Part shown: positions 8,401-17,603 of the stretch, in pieces
How positions within the stretch are numbered: position 1 is the first letter of the stretch
How the letters are laid out: the number at the start of each line of letters is the position of its first letter
Assembly (NCBI GenBank): GCA_002841695.1
Contig: PHAN01000016.1
Location: 4,024-68,023 of the forward strand
Reading direction: 5' to 3'
Length of the DNA: 64,000 nt
From: Elusimicrobia bacterium HGW-Elusimicrobia-1
Lineage (GTDB): Bacteria > Elusimicrobiota > Endomicrobiia > PHAN01
Made by a program: the position numbers and the translations under genes
Notes under the pieces: generated by a model
What the model was told of the DNA's origin: nothing
Seen by the model: only the letters and a program-made list of their open reading frames with translations
Databases searched by the model: none

Positions 8401-10701
8401 ATGAGTCAGAAAGAAATCGTGAGCGCATCGGCGCTGGCGGCAAAAACATCGTATCCATCCTCGGAAATCGCATCGGCCGAACGGCTATTCGCGGCATATC
8501 GTTCGATAGTCGTAATGCTGTTCAACTTCGTGCAATCGGGCCATCCGGGCGGGTCGATATCGATGGGAAGGCCGCTGCTTAACATTACCCTCAATAAAAA
8601 CACCAAACTCGATATAACGGACCTCGACCGCCCCGACTCCGACATTATAGGTATGGCCGCCGGTCATAAGGCGCTGGGGCTGTATTCATATCTGGGGCTG
8701 CTCTTTGAGATAGTCAAAATAAAAGACCCCAAACTTTTTGAGTCGATAAAACGCAAAATGCGGTTCGAGGACCTTCTGGGCTTCCGCAAAAATCCCGCCA
8801 CCGAACTTCCTCTGATGAAGAAATTCTCTTCCAAGCGGCTCGACGGACATCCCACTCCCGAAACACCGGGCGTAGTGGTGGCTACGGGAGCGTCGGGCGT
8901 GGGTTTCGGCGCCCTGGGCGGATATGCTTTTGCCAAAAAAGAGTATTACGACGCGCCTCCGACGATAAACATTATCGAGGGAGAGGGGGGAATGACTCCC
9001 GGCCGCGTGCACGAGAATCTCGCGCATTTCTGGGCGCTGGACCTTTGGAATCTTATAATTCACGTCGACTGGAACAACGCATCCATCGACGCCGACAATG
9101 TGTGCGCCACGGACAAGTGCCGCGGACAATATGTCAACTGGTCGCCTCACACGCTGGGAGCATTGCACGGCCTCAACGTAGTTTACGTCGAAGACGGACG
9201 CGACCCTTCAAAAGTCCGCGCCGCGCAGGATCACGTATTCGGCGAATTTATGAGCCGGAAAGAATCGCCCAATATGATAGTGTACCGCACGGTGAAGGGC
9301 GAGGGATACTGGGAAGGAAGAAAGTCCCACGGCGCCGGATTCAAGACGGACGCGCCGGAGTATTTCGCCGCGCAGAAAACTTTCGAGGACGCTTTCAACG
9401 TAAAAATGATACCCGCCCCCGAAAAACTGACTCTTGAAACAAGAGAAGAGTATCTTTATAAAAATCTGCTCGTCGTCGAACAGGCGTTGAAATCCGACAC
9501 GAAACTCGTCGACTATGTATTCAACGCGCTGATGTCGTCCCGCGACGCCCTCAATAAAGCCGGCCGCAGGCCCGCGGCAAAAAGCGCCGATATATCGACG
9601 GTTAAGGCGCCGTCCGGCAAGTTCTCGGAAACGAATCCTCCCGCCGAAATCATCCATAAACCCGGTTCCGCGGTTACACTCAGGGAATCGCTCGGCAATA
9701 CGCTTCATTACTTCAACGCTTACACGGGCGGCGGTCTTTACGGCTTCGCGGCCGACCTCGTGGGTTCCACAAGCTTAAATCTTATGTGCGAGGACTTTCA
9801 GAAAAAGGGATTCCTCACCTGCGAAAATCCCTACGCCAAAATAATTCCCACGGGAATTTGCGAAGACGGCGGCTCGTCGCTGATATCGGGCATTTCGGCC
9901 ACCGGACATTATGTGGGAGTGGGAAGTTCGTACGCCACTTTCATGAGCCCCATGGGATTTACGGCCGCGCGGCTTTTTGCCATCGCCTACCAGGCGAAGC
10001 ACGGCGCCGATATGGCTCCGATGATACTGATTAACGCTCACGCGGGTCTTAAAACCGGAGAGGACGGACCGACTCACGCCTGTCCGCAGACCCTTTCTCT
10101 GTGGAAGGGATTTGATAAATTAAACGTGAAAGTTGTCACGCTTACTCCCTGGGATCCCAACGAAATCTGGCCGCTTATGATAGCGGCTCTCAAACTTCGT
10201 CCCGCCGTCATAATTCCTTACGTGACGCGGCCGGCCGAGACGGTTGTCGACAGGGAAAAAATAGGACTTCCTCCCGCCGCCGTCGCCGCCGCCGACGGCA
10301 TATACCGCGCGCGCACCGCTAAAAAATCTTCGAAAACGGTGATATATCAGGGCGCCGAAGTCGGCACGGAACTGCCGGGAGTGCTTGAAGCGCTGGACAA
10401 GGATGATGTTGACGTCAACATTCTCTACGTCGCGAGTTCCGAACTTTTCTCCAATCTTTCCGCCGATAAACGGGAAAAAATACTGCCGGTCGAGTTCAAG
10501 AAAAACGCTATGGCCGTCACCGGTTTTACGATTGATACAATGTACGAATACCTGCTTTCAGAAGAGGGCAGGGCAGCGTCGCTGCATCCTTTCAAGAAAG
10601 GCGTTTTCCTTGGTTCGGGACCGGGTTCGGAAGTGCTCAAACAGGCCGGACTCGACGCCGCTGCGCAAGTCAAAGCCATAAAAGAATTCGTCGGTAAGTG
10701 A
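8401..10701 (+). CDS. tkt: Divergent full-length transketolase (start may lie further upstream)
   Basis: QSGHPGGS, AGHK, LDGHPTP, ATGASGVG, variant ThDP motif GEGGMTPG...DWNNASID, TVKGEG, ADLVGST, HAGLKTGEDGPTH. Confidence 0.85.
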   Translation: MSQKEIVSASALAAKTSYPSSEIASAERLFAAYRSIVVMLFNFVQSGHPGGSISMGRPLLNITLNKNTKLDITDLDRPDSDIIGMAAGHKALGLYSYLGLLFEIVKIKDPKLFESIKRKMRFEDLLGFRKNPATELPLMKKFSSKRLDGHPTPETPGVVVATGASGVGFGALGGYAFAKKEYYDAPPTINIIEGEGGMTPGRVHENLAHFWALDLWNLIIHVDWNNASIDADNVCATDKCRGQYVNWSPHTLGALHGLNVVYVEDGRDPSKVRAAQDHVFGEFMSRKESPNMIVYRTVKGEGYWEGRKSHGAGFKTDAPEYFAAQKTFEDAFNVKMIPAPEKLTLETREEYLYKNLLVVEQALKSDTKLVDYVFNALMSSRDALNKAGRRPAAKSADISTVKAPSGKFSETNPPAEIIHKPGSAVTLRESLGNTLHYFNAYTGGGLYGFAADLVGSTSLNLMCEDFQKKGFLTCENPYAKIIPTGICEDGGSSLISGISATGHYVGVGSSYATFMSPMGFTAARLFAIAYQAKHGADMAPMILINAHAGLKTGEDGPTHACPQTLSLWKGFDKLNVKVVTLTPWDPNEIWPLMIAALKLRPAVIIPYVTRPAETVVDREKIGLPPAAVAAADGIYRARTAKKSSKTVIYQGAEVGTELPGVLEALDKDDVDVNILYVASSELFSNLSADKREKILPVEFKKNAMAVTGFTIDTMYEYLLSEEGRAASLHPFKKGVFLGSGPGSEVLKQAGLDAAAQVKAIKEFVGK

Positions 10702-10705
10702 CTAT

Positions 10706-10782
10706 GTCATTCTGAGGAGTCACCTTGCGGGTGACGACGAAGAATCTTGTCTTAATAGATTCTTCGCTTCTCTCAGAATGAC
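10706..10782. repeat. REP-like nested palindrome (GTCATTCTGAG...CTCAGAATGAC family)
   Basis: Outer inverted repeat GTCATTCTGAG/CTCAGAATGAC; inner GTCACC/GGTGAC and CGAAGAATCT/AGATTCTTCG; related sequence at 27700-27852. Confidence 0.8.
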
Positions 10783-10800
10783 GTGATTCGGACAATAATT

Positions 10801-12510
10801 ATGCAGATAAGCGAACTGATTCGCGCGGCATCCGGAAGCGTCAAGCCGGATTTATGCCTGAAAAACGGCCGGGTCGTCAACGTGCTTTCGGGCGAAATCG
10901 AACGCGCCGATATTCTGGTGCACAAGGGCTATATAGCGGCCGTCGGCGCGCATTTGCCCCGCGCCCGACATTCCATAGATATGGGCGGATCGTTTGTCGC
11001 GCCCGGTTTTATCGACGGTCACGTGCATATAGAGTCGTCGATGATGTCCGTATCCGAGTTCGCCCGCGCCGTGTCGTCGCGCGGTGTGACATCGGTAATC
11101 ACCGACGCCCACGAAATCGCCAACGTTCTTGGCATCGACGGAATAAAGTATATGCTTGAATCGGCAAAATATCAGCCGCTTAATGTATTTTTTATGCTTC
11201 CGTCGTGCGTTCCCGCCACCAAAATGGAAACGGCGGGCGCGCGTTTGTCCGGCTTCGACCTTTATCCGTTTCTTAAAGAAAAGTGGGTGGTCGGCCTGGG
11301 CGAAGTAATGAATTTTCCCGGCGTCATAATGGCCGACGAGGATTTGCTCGACAAAATGAAGATTGCCGCCGGCAAAAGAATCGACGGGCATTCTCCCGGA
11401 CTTTCCGGAGCGGGTCTGGCCGCCTATATAGCATCCGGCATAACGTCGGACCACGAATCCACCACCCTTGCGGAGGCGCGCGAAAAACTTCGCAGAGGAA
11501 TGTACGTAATGGTTCGCGAAGGCACTTCCGAGAAGAATCTCGCATCCCTGATACCTCTTGTCAACGAAAAAAATTACTCGCGCTTTTTCTTTGTTTCCGA
11601 CGACAGACATCCGCACGACCTGGTGAAAGAGGGTTCCATAGATCATCTTGTAAGAAAAGCCGTGTCTCTGGGTCTGGCCCCCCTGACGGCCATAAGAATG
11701 GCCACGATAAACACTGCGGAATACTTCCGTCTTCCGCGCATCGGCGCGCTGGCTCCGGGTTATCAGGCCGACATCGCCGTGTTCGACAGTATGCGCGCAA
11801 TTCGTCCGCGAATGGTTATGCGGCGCGGCGCGGTAGTCGCCAAAGACGGGAAGTTCGTTGCGCGCAAAGTCCGCATCGCGGCCCGTCTCAGAGGTTCGGT
11901 AAATGTGCGATGGCTCGACGCAAAAGATTTCGCGGTGCGCGCCGAGGGAAAGCGCATTAAAGTAATCGAGGTCGTTCCCCATCAAATAGTAACCCGCAAA
12001 AAAATAATGCGCGCAAAGGTCGAAAAAGGCCTGGCCGTTTCCGATACGGCGAACGACGCGCTTAAAATGGTCGTGGTGGAACGGCATCAGGCGTCGGGCG
12101 CAATCGGCAAAGGATTTGTGAAGGGCTTCGGTCTTAAAAGGGGCGCGATAGCCCAGTCCGTCGCGCACGACTCGCATAATATCATAGCGGTCGGCGCCGA
12201 CGACCGGTCCATTTATTCGGCCTGCGTCGACATAGTAAAAATGGGCGGCGGTTTAAGCGTTGCCGACGGCGACAACATTCTTGCGCGTATGCCTCTGCCG
12301 ATAGCCGGACTTATGACCGACGAGCCGCTTGAGTCGGTAGTGACGTCTCTGGAAGAACTGCTTGCCGCGGCGCGAAAACTCGGCTGCGGATTGCCCGATC
12401 CGTTTATGACGCTGTCTTTTATGGCGCTGCCGGTAATACCGGAACTGAAACTGACGGATAAAGGTCTTGTCGACGTAAATAAAATGAAAATTACGGAGCT
12501 TTTCGAATGA
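10801..12510 (+). CDS. ade: Adenine deaminase
   Basis: PGFIDGHVHIESSM, DAHEIANV, GEVMN, DGHSP, SDHE, SDDRHP, AHDSHN, LPVIPELKLTDKGL. Confidence 0.95.
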   Translation: MQISELIRAASGSVKPDLCLKNGRVVNVLSGEIERADILVHKGYIAAVGAHLPRARHSIDMGGSFVAPGFIDGHVHIESSMMSVSEFARAVSSRGVTSVITDAHEIANVLGIDGIKYMLESAKYQPLNVFFMLPSCVPATKMETAGARLSGFDLYPFLKEKWVVGLGEVMNFPGVIMADEDLLDKMKIAAGKRIDGHSPGLSGAGLAAYIASGITSDHESTTLAEAREKLRRGMYVMVREGTSEKNLASLIPLVNEKNYSRFFFVSDDRHPHDLVKEGSIDHLVRKAVSLGLAPLTAIRMATINTAEYFRLPRIGALAPGYQADIAVFDSMRAIRPRMVMRRGAVVAKDGKFVARKVRIAARLRGSVNVRWLDAKDFAVRAEGKRIKVIEVVPHQIVTRKKIMRAKVEKGLAVSDTANDALKMVVVERHQASGAIGKGFVKGFGLKRGAIAQSVAHDSHNIIAVGADDRSIYSACVDIVKMGGGLSVADGDNILARMPLPIAGLMTDEPLESVVTSLEELLAAARKLGCGLPDPFMTLSFMALPVIPELKLTDKGLVDVNKMKITELFE

Positions 12511-13715
12511 CGCGCAAACTCGTCGCGCTTGTCATACTCGATTCATTCGGCGCGGGAGCCCTTCCCGACGCCGCTGAATACGGCGATGCGGGCGCCGACA
12601 CGCTCGGTCACATCGCCGGACAAACCAAGAATTTTAATCTGCCCAATCTGGCGCGGCTGGGACTTTATGAATTGATAGCTCCTTCGGCCCGGCCGGCTTT
12701 TCCGCCCGGAAAAATCACCGGCTGCTACGGCAAAATGGCCGAGGCCTCGGACGGTAAAGACACGCCCATAGGCCACTGGGAGATAACGGGACTTATCACC
12801 GAAAAACCGCTGCCCACTTATCCCGACGGCTTTCCCAAAGAATTAATCGAGCGCTATGAAAAAATCATAGGCGTCAAAACCCTCGGCAATTACGCCGCCT
12901 CCGGCACGGAGATTTTAAAACAACTCGGCGACGAGCATTACAAAACCGGATATCCGATAGTATACACTTCGGCCGACAGCGTTTTTCAGGTGGCCGCGCA
13001 CGAGGATCCCAAAATTTTCGGGCTCAAAAAACTTTACGAAATATGCGAAGCCGTCAGAAAAATGCTGGCGCCTCCGCATAACGTGGGCCGCGTTATCGCG
13101 CGGCCGTTTATCGGCGAGCCGGGGGCGTTTGCGCGCACGTCGAACCGTCACGATTACGCCCTCGACCCCGCCGGCGAGACGCTTCTTGACAAACTCCGGA
13201 AAGCCGGCGTGAGAGTGTCGGCCGTCGGAAAAATATACGACATATTCAACGGTAAAGGCATCGACGAAACCGTTCGCACGCGCGACAACCGCGACGGAAT
13301 GGCGCGAACGCTTGAAGCCGTCCGCAAAGCCGTCGACGGGCCGTCGGGAACCAAAACTTTCGTGTTCACGAATCTGGTCGATTTCGATATGCTCTGGGGA
13401 CATCGCAGAAATGTCGCGGCTTATTACGAGGGGCTTAAGGAGTTCGACGATTTTCTGCCGCGGCTGGAAGATGCTCTCGGCGATGAAGGCGTTCTTCTGA
13501 TAGCGGCCGACCACGGCTGCGACCCCGCCTACGCCGCTCATACCGACCACACCCGCGAACACGTGCCCGTGCTTGTCTCGGGACAAGGCGTTAAGAAAGG
13601 AATAAATCTGGGCGTCCGCAAAACCTTCGCCGACGCCGGGCAGACAATATCCGAATTGTTCGGGGCGGAGCGAACCGCCGCGGGAGTTTCATTCGCCAAG
13701 GAAATAGTTCTTTGA
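12507..13715 (+). CDS. deoB: Phosphopentomutase
   Basis: LDSFGAG..PDA, GKDTPIGHWE, YTSADSVFQ, GRVIARPF, NLVDFDMLWGHRR, ADHGCDP, TDHTRE. Confidence 0.96.
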   Translation: MTRKLVALVILDSFGAGALPDAAEYGDAGADTLGHIAGQTKNFNLPNLARLGLYELIAPSARPAFPPGKITGCYGKMAEASDGKDTPIGHWEITGLITEKPLPTYPDGFPKELIERYEKIIGVKTLGNYAASGTEILKQLGDEHYKTGYPIVYTSADSVFQVAAHEDPKIFGLKKLYEICEAVRKMLAPPHNVGRVIARPFIGEPGAFARTSNRHDYALDPAGETLLDKLRKAGVRVSAVGKIYDIFNGKGIDETVRTRDNRDGMARTLEAVRKAVDGPSGTKTFVFTNLVDFDMLWGHRRNVAAYYEGLKEFDDFLPRLEDALGDEGVLLIAADHGCDPAYAAHTDHTREHVPVLVSGQGVKKGINLGVRKTFADAGQTISELFGAERTAAGVSFAKEIVL

Positions 13716-14746
13716 GCGCTTCCTTGTTACTTATCGTTTTGATAGTTGTTGTCGCGTTGGCGTTCGATTTTACCAATGGATTCAACGACTCCGCCAATAT
13801 TGTGGCGGCCGCCATAATGTCCCGCGCCATAGGACCGTCGACGGCGTTGTTGTTGGCGGCAGTTTCGGAATTCGTGGGAGCGTATTTTTTGGGAACGGCG
13901 GTCGCTTCAACGGTAGGGAAAGGCATCATAGACCCCGCGGGATTTACCGCTTCGGGCGGCGCCGCCGGCGGACTTGCGATTCTTTCGGCGCTGTTCGGCG
14001 CCATAGCGTGGAACGTAACTTCGTTGAGAATGGGAGTGCCGTCGTCGTCTTCGCACGCGCTCATAGGCGGACTTATCGGAGCATTCATAGCACTGGCCGG
14101 ATTTCACAGCGTTTACTGGAACAAGGTCGCGCAGGTAATCTCTATAATGATAATATCGCCTGTCATCGGAATTGCCTCGACTTTTATATTCGCGAAACTC
14201 ACGTTGCTGTTTGCATCGTGGAGTTCTCCGCGCATAAACAAGATATTCCGCAAGTTTCAGATCGTCGCTCTCGTGACACAGGCGCTTGCGCATGGCACCA
14301 ACGACGCGCAGAAGACAATGGGAGTGATAACTTTTGCTTTGATAGCGATGGGCTTTCTTGCCGCGCCCGATGCCGCCGCCGCGCTGGTCGTGCCCAAATG
14401 GGTAACAGCCGCCTGCGCCGCGGCGATAGCGCTTGGAATGGGTTCGGGCGGACGCAAGATAATAAAAACTCTCGGCGGAAAACTTTATAAAATCCGGCCC
14501 GTTCACGGCTTCGCTTCTCAGACGGCTTCGTCATTGATAATCGCGGCGACATCGTTTTTCGGATATCCCATTTCGACGTCGCAGGTCATTTCGTCTTCGG
14601 TGATGGGCGCCGGCGCGGCATTCCGCCCCAAAATGGTCCGGTGGCAGGTCGCAAAGGATATGGGTATGGCGTGGCTCGTAACCATACCGGTGAGCGCCCT
14701 TGTCTCGGCTTTGATTTTTTCGGTCGTCAAAAAGATTTTACTTTAA
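13712..14746 (+). CDS. pitA: PiT-family inorganic phosphate transporter
   Basis: NGFNDSAN, PSSSSHALIGG, HGTNDAQK, GYPISTSQ; multi-TM. Confidence 0.92.
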   Translation: MSASLLLIVLIVVVALAFDFTNGFNDSANIVAAAIMSRAIGPSTALLLAAVSEFVGAYFLGTAVASTVGKGIIDPAGFTASGGAAGGLAILSALFGAIAWNVTSLRMGVPSSSSHALIGGLIGAFIALAGFHSVYWNKVAQVISIMIISPVIGIASTFIFAKLTLLFASWSSPRINKIFRKFQIVALVTQALAHGTNDAQKTMGVITFALIAMGFLAAPDAAAALVVPKWVTAACAAAIALGMGSGGRKIIKTLGGKLYKIRPVHGFASQTASSLIIAATSFFGYPISTSQVISSSVMGAGAAFRPKMVRWQVAKDMGMAWLVTIPVSALVSALIFSVVKKILL

Positions 14747-14776
14747 CAAAAACCTCGCGGCATAAGGAAGGTTAAC

Positions 14777-15379
14777 ATGTGGCCTTTTAAAAAACGTCCC
14801 GATTTTTTCGATATGCTCGCGGCGCAATCGGCAAAAGTCGAGGAAGGACTGCAGACGCTTGTCGAGTTTATGGATGAACCGTCCAAAGAAAAAGCAAAAA
14901 AAATTAACGATCTTGAGGAAGAGGCGGACGAACTCCGCAGAGTGTTAATCGACGAATTGAACCGCACTTTCGTCACGCCGATAGACCGCGAGGATATATT
15001 CGCCCTGTCGCGCGACATCGACGATTTGATAGATTACGCTAAATCCACCGTCGAGGAAATGACTCTTTTTGAAGTCAAACCGGATATATCCATAAAAAGC
15101 ATGGTCGAAGCTCTTTCCGGCGCGGCGCGCGAGATAAACTTTGCGATGAAAAATCTCAAAGAACGTCCCGGCGTGGCCGAGGAACACATAGTAAGAGCCA
15201 AAAAAATAGAGAATTATGTAGAACATCGTTACAGGGAAGGTTTAGCCGAATTATTTAAGACAAACGACACCATAAATATAATGAAAACACGCGAGATTTA
15301 CCGCCACCTTTCCAACGCGGCCGACCGCGTATCGGACGCCGCCGACGTTATGGGCGATATTCTCGTTAAAACCGCATAA
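14777..15379 (+). CDS. DUF47 / PhoU-like PiT accessory protein
   Basis: EEEADELRR...TFVTPIDREDI...DDLID, ENYVE, adjacent to pit. Confidence 0.88.
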   Translation: MWPFKKRPDFFDMLAAQSAKVEEGLQTLVEFMDEPSKEKAKKINDLEEEADELRRVLIDELNRTFVTPIDREDIFALSRDIDDLIDYAKSTVEEMTLFEVKPDISIKSMVEALSGAAREINFAMKNLKERPGVAEEHIVRAKKIENYVEHRYREGLAELFKTNDTINIMKTREIYRHLSNAADRVSDAADVMGDILVKTA

Positions 15380-15395
15380 AGGGAGACGTAGTAAG

Positions 15396-16214
15396 ATGAC
15401 TATAATTGAAAAACTCAAAGAATCCGAAAATTTTCTTGAGACCAAAACATCCATACGGCCCGAGATAGCGCTGGTTCTGGGCTCAGGTCTCGGCGGCGTG
15501 GTGGATATTATCGGGAACAAAACCGTGATACCTTACAAAGATATACCGCATTTTCCCGTGTCCACCGTTTGCGGACACGCCGGACAGCTCGTATTCGGAA
15601 CGCTCGAAGGCAAGTCGGTCGTGGCTATGCAGGGCCGCGTGCATTTTTACGAAGGGCATCCGATGAGCGTAGTCACCTATCCGATACGCCTGATGAAAAA
15701 ACTCGGCTGTTCCAAATTGATACTGACCTCCGCGGTGGGAGGTATAAACGAGAGCTATGCGCCCGGCGACGCCGTGGTCATAACCGACCATATAAACTTT
15801 ATGGGCACGAATCCTCTTATAGGCGGGCATTGCGACGATTTCGGACAGAGATTCCCGGATATGAGCCGCGTATACTCGTCGCGCCTGGCGGGCATTGCGA
15901 TTGATACCGCCCAAAAAATGAACATCCGCGCCCACGTCGGCGTTTATTTCGCGTCGACCGGCCCGTCATACGAGACACCTTCGGAAGTCAGGGCTTTTGC
16001 CAAACTCGGCGGCGACGTCGTGGGAATGTCGGTTGTGCCGGAAGCCATAGTGGCCAACCAGTCGGGCATTGAACTTCTGTGCCTTTCTTATGTGTCGAAT
16101 ATGGCCAGCGGAATTTCCAAAAAAGGACTCTCTCACGAAGAAGTCATGGAAGTCGGACGTGAGGCCGGCGGCCGCCTGTCTAAACTTATTGCCGCGGTCG
16201 TTAAGTCGGCTTAA
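15396..16214 (+). CDS. punA: Purine nucleoside phosphorylase (trimeric type)
   Basis: LGSGLG, GHAG, MQGRVHFYEG, DHINF, RFPDMS, GPSYETPSE, VGMS. Confidence 0.95.
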   Translation: MTIIEKLKESENFLETKTSIRPEIALVLGSGLGGVVDIIGNKTVIPYKDIPHFPVSTVCGHAGQLVFGTLEGKSVVAMQGRVHFYEGHPMSVVTYPIRLMKKLGCSKLILTSAVGGINESYAPGDAVVITDHINFMGTNPLIGGHCDDFGQRFPDMSRVYSSRLAGIAIDTAQKMNIRAHVGVYFASTGPSYETPSEVRAFAKLGGDVVGMSVVPEAIVANQSGIELLCLSYVSNMASGISKKGLSHEEVMEVGREAGGRLSKLIAAVVKSA

Positions 16215-16229
16215 ACGCGGGAGATATAT

Positions 16230-17540
16230 ATGAGAATATACGACATAATCTATAAGAAGAGAAATAATCTGGAACTTTCCGCCGACGAAATTAAATATAT
16301 CGTCGAGGCGTATACCAAAGGCGACGTCCCCGACTACCAGATGGCGGCCTTTCTTATGGCCGTTTTTATACGGGGGATGGCCGACGCCGAACTGGCCGAA
16401 CTCACGGCCGCTATGACCGAATCCGGCGAGATAATGGATTTGTCCGACATAAAATCGCCCAAAATCGACAAACACTCCACGGGCGGCGTGGGCGACGGCA
16501 TATCGCTGGCGCTGGCGCCCCTTGCGGCCAGTTTCGGCGTGGTCGTGCCTATGATGTCCGGCAGAGGACTGGGGCATACCGGCGGCACTCTGGACAAACT
16601 CGAATCGATACCCGGTTTCAGGGTGGATCTTTCCGCGGGCGATTTCAAAAAGCAACTCGATAAAATAGGCGTCGCGATAATAGGTCAGACGGAAAAAGTC
16701 GCCCCGGCCGACAAAAAAATCTACGCTCTGCGCGATGTCACCGCCACGGTCGACTCCATACCTCTTATAGCCGCTTCCATAATGTCCAAGAAACTCGCCG
16801 AAGGCGCCGATGGTCTTCTGCTCGACGTAAAAACCGGCTCCGGCGCGTTTATGAAAACGCTCGAAGATTCAAAAAAACTAGCCGGAGTTATGGTAGCCAT
16901 AGGCCGCAAGTCCGGTAAAACTATGCGTGCCGTGATTACCGATATGAGCCAACCGCTGGGGAATGCGGTCGGTAATTCGCTTGAAATCGAACAGACGGTT
17001 TCCGTGCTCAAAGGCCGCGGCCCCGAAGATTTCAGCTCGCTTGTCGTAGAACTCGCCGCGCGGATGATAGTGATGGCCGGCGTTTTTGACAAAATTGAAG
17101 ACGCCCGTTCCGCCGCCGCAAAAAATCTTTCGTCGGGCGCCGCGCTTGCAAAATTCGCCGCTATGGTCGAAGCTCAGGGCGGCGACCCCGAAGTGGCCGC
17201 GTCTCCGGATAAAATTCTGCCTCGCTCCAAATTCGCGGAGGACATAAAAATTCCGGGCGGCGGTTATATATCGGAAATTAAGACCGACGACGTCGGCATA
17301 TGTTCTTTGGAACTGGGCGCCGGCCGCGCCAGTAAGGAAGATAAGATAGATTACTCCGCCGGAATAGTCCTGCATAAAAAGGTCGGCGACAAGATATCGT
17401 CCGACGAGGCCGTCGCGACATTTTCGTATAACAAAGCGCGTTCGCCCATTTCGGAAATAAAGAAAAAGTTCGCCGAATGTTTCAAGGTGTCTCAAACGCC
17501 GCCGCAAAAGCCGCGGATGATTCACGACGAGATAAAGTAA
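16230..17540 (+). CDS. pdp: Pyrimidine-nucleoside/thymidine phosphorylase
   Basis: DKHSTGGVGD, MSGRGLGHTGGTLDKLESIPG, YALRDVTATV, SIMSKK, DVKTGSGAFMK. Confidence 0.96.
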   Translation: MRIYDIIYKKRNNLELSADEIKYIVEAYTKGDVPDYQMAAFLMAVFIRGMADAELAELTAAMTESGEIMDLSDIKSPKIDKHSTGGVGDGISLALAPLAASFGVVVPMMSGRGLGHTGGTLDKLESIPGFRVDLSAGDFKKQLDKIGVAIIGQTEKVAPADKKIYALRDVTATVDSIPLIAASIMSKKLAEGADGLLLDVKTGSGAFMKTLEDSKKLAGVMVAIGRKSGKTMRAVITDMSQPLGNAVGNSLEIEQTVSVLKGRGPEDFSSLVVELAARMIVMAGVFDKIEDARSAAAKNLSSGAALAKFAAMVEAQGGDPEVAASPDKILPRSKFAEDIKIPGGGYISEIKTDDVGICSLELGAGRASKEDKIDYSAGIVLHKKVGDKISSDEAVATFSYNKARSPISEIKKKFAECFKVSQTPPQKPRMIHDEIK

Positions 17541-17541
17541 A

Positions 17542-17587
17542 AGTGAATAGTGGTTAGTCTTTTACTATTCACTAACCACTAACCACT
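17542..17587. repeat. Inverted heptamer tandem repeat (second copy)
   Basis: agtgaat agtggtt agt ... attcact aaccact aaccact. Confidence 0.75.
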
Positions 17588-17603
17588 TGTCCTACACACT
17601 ACA

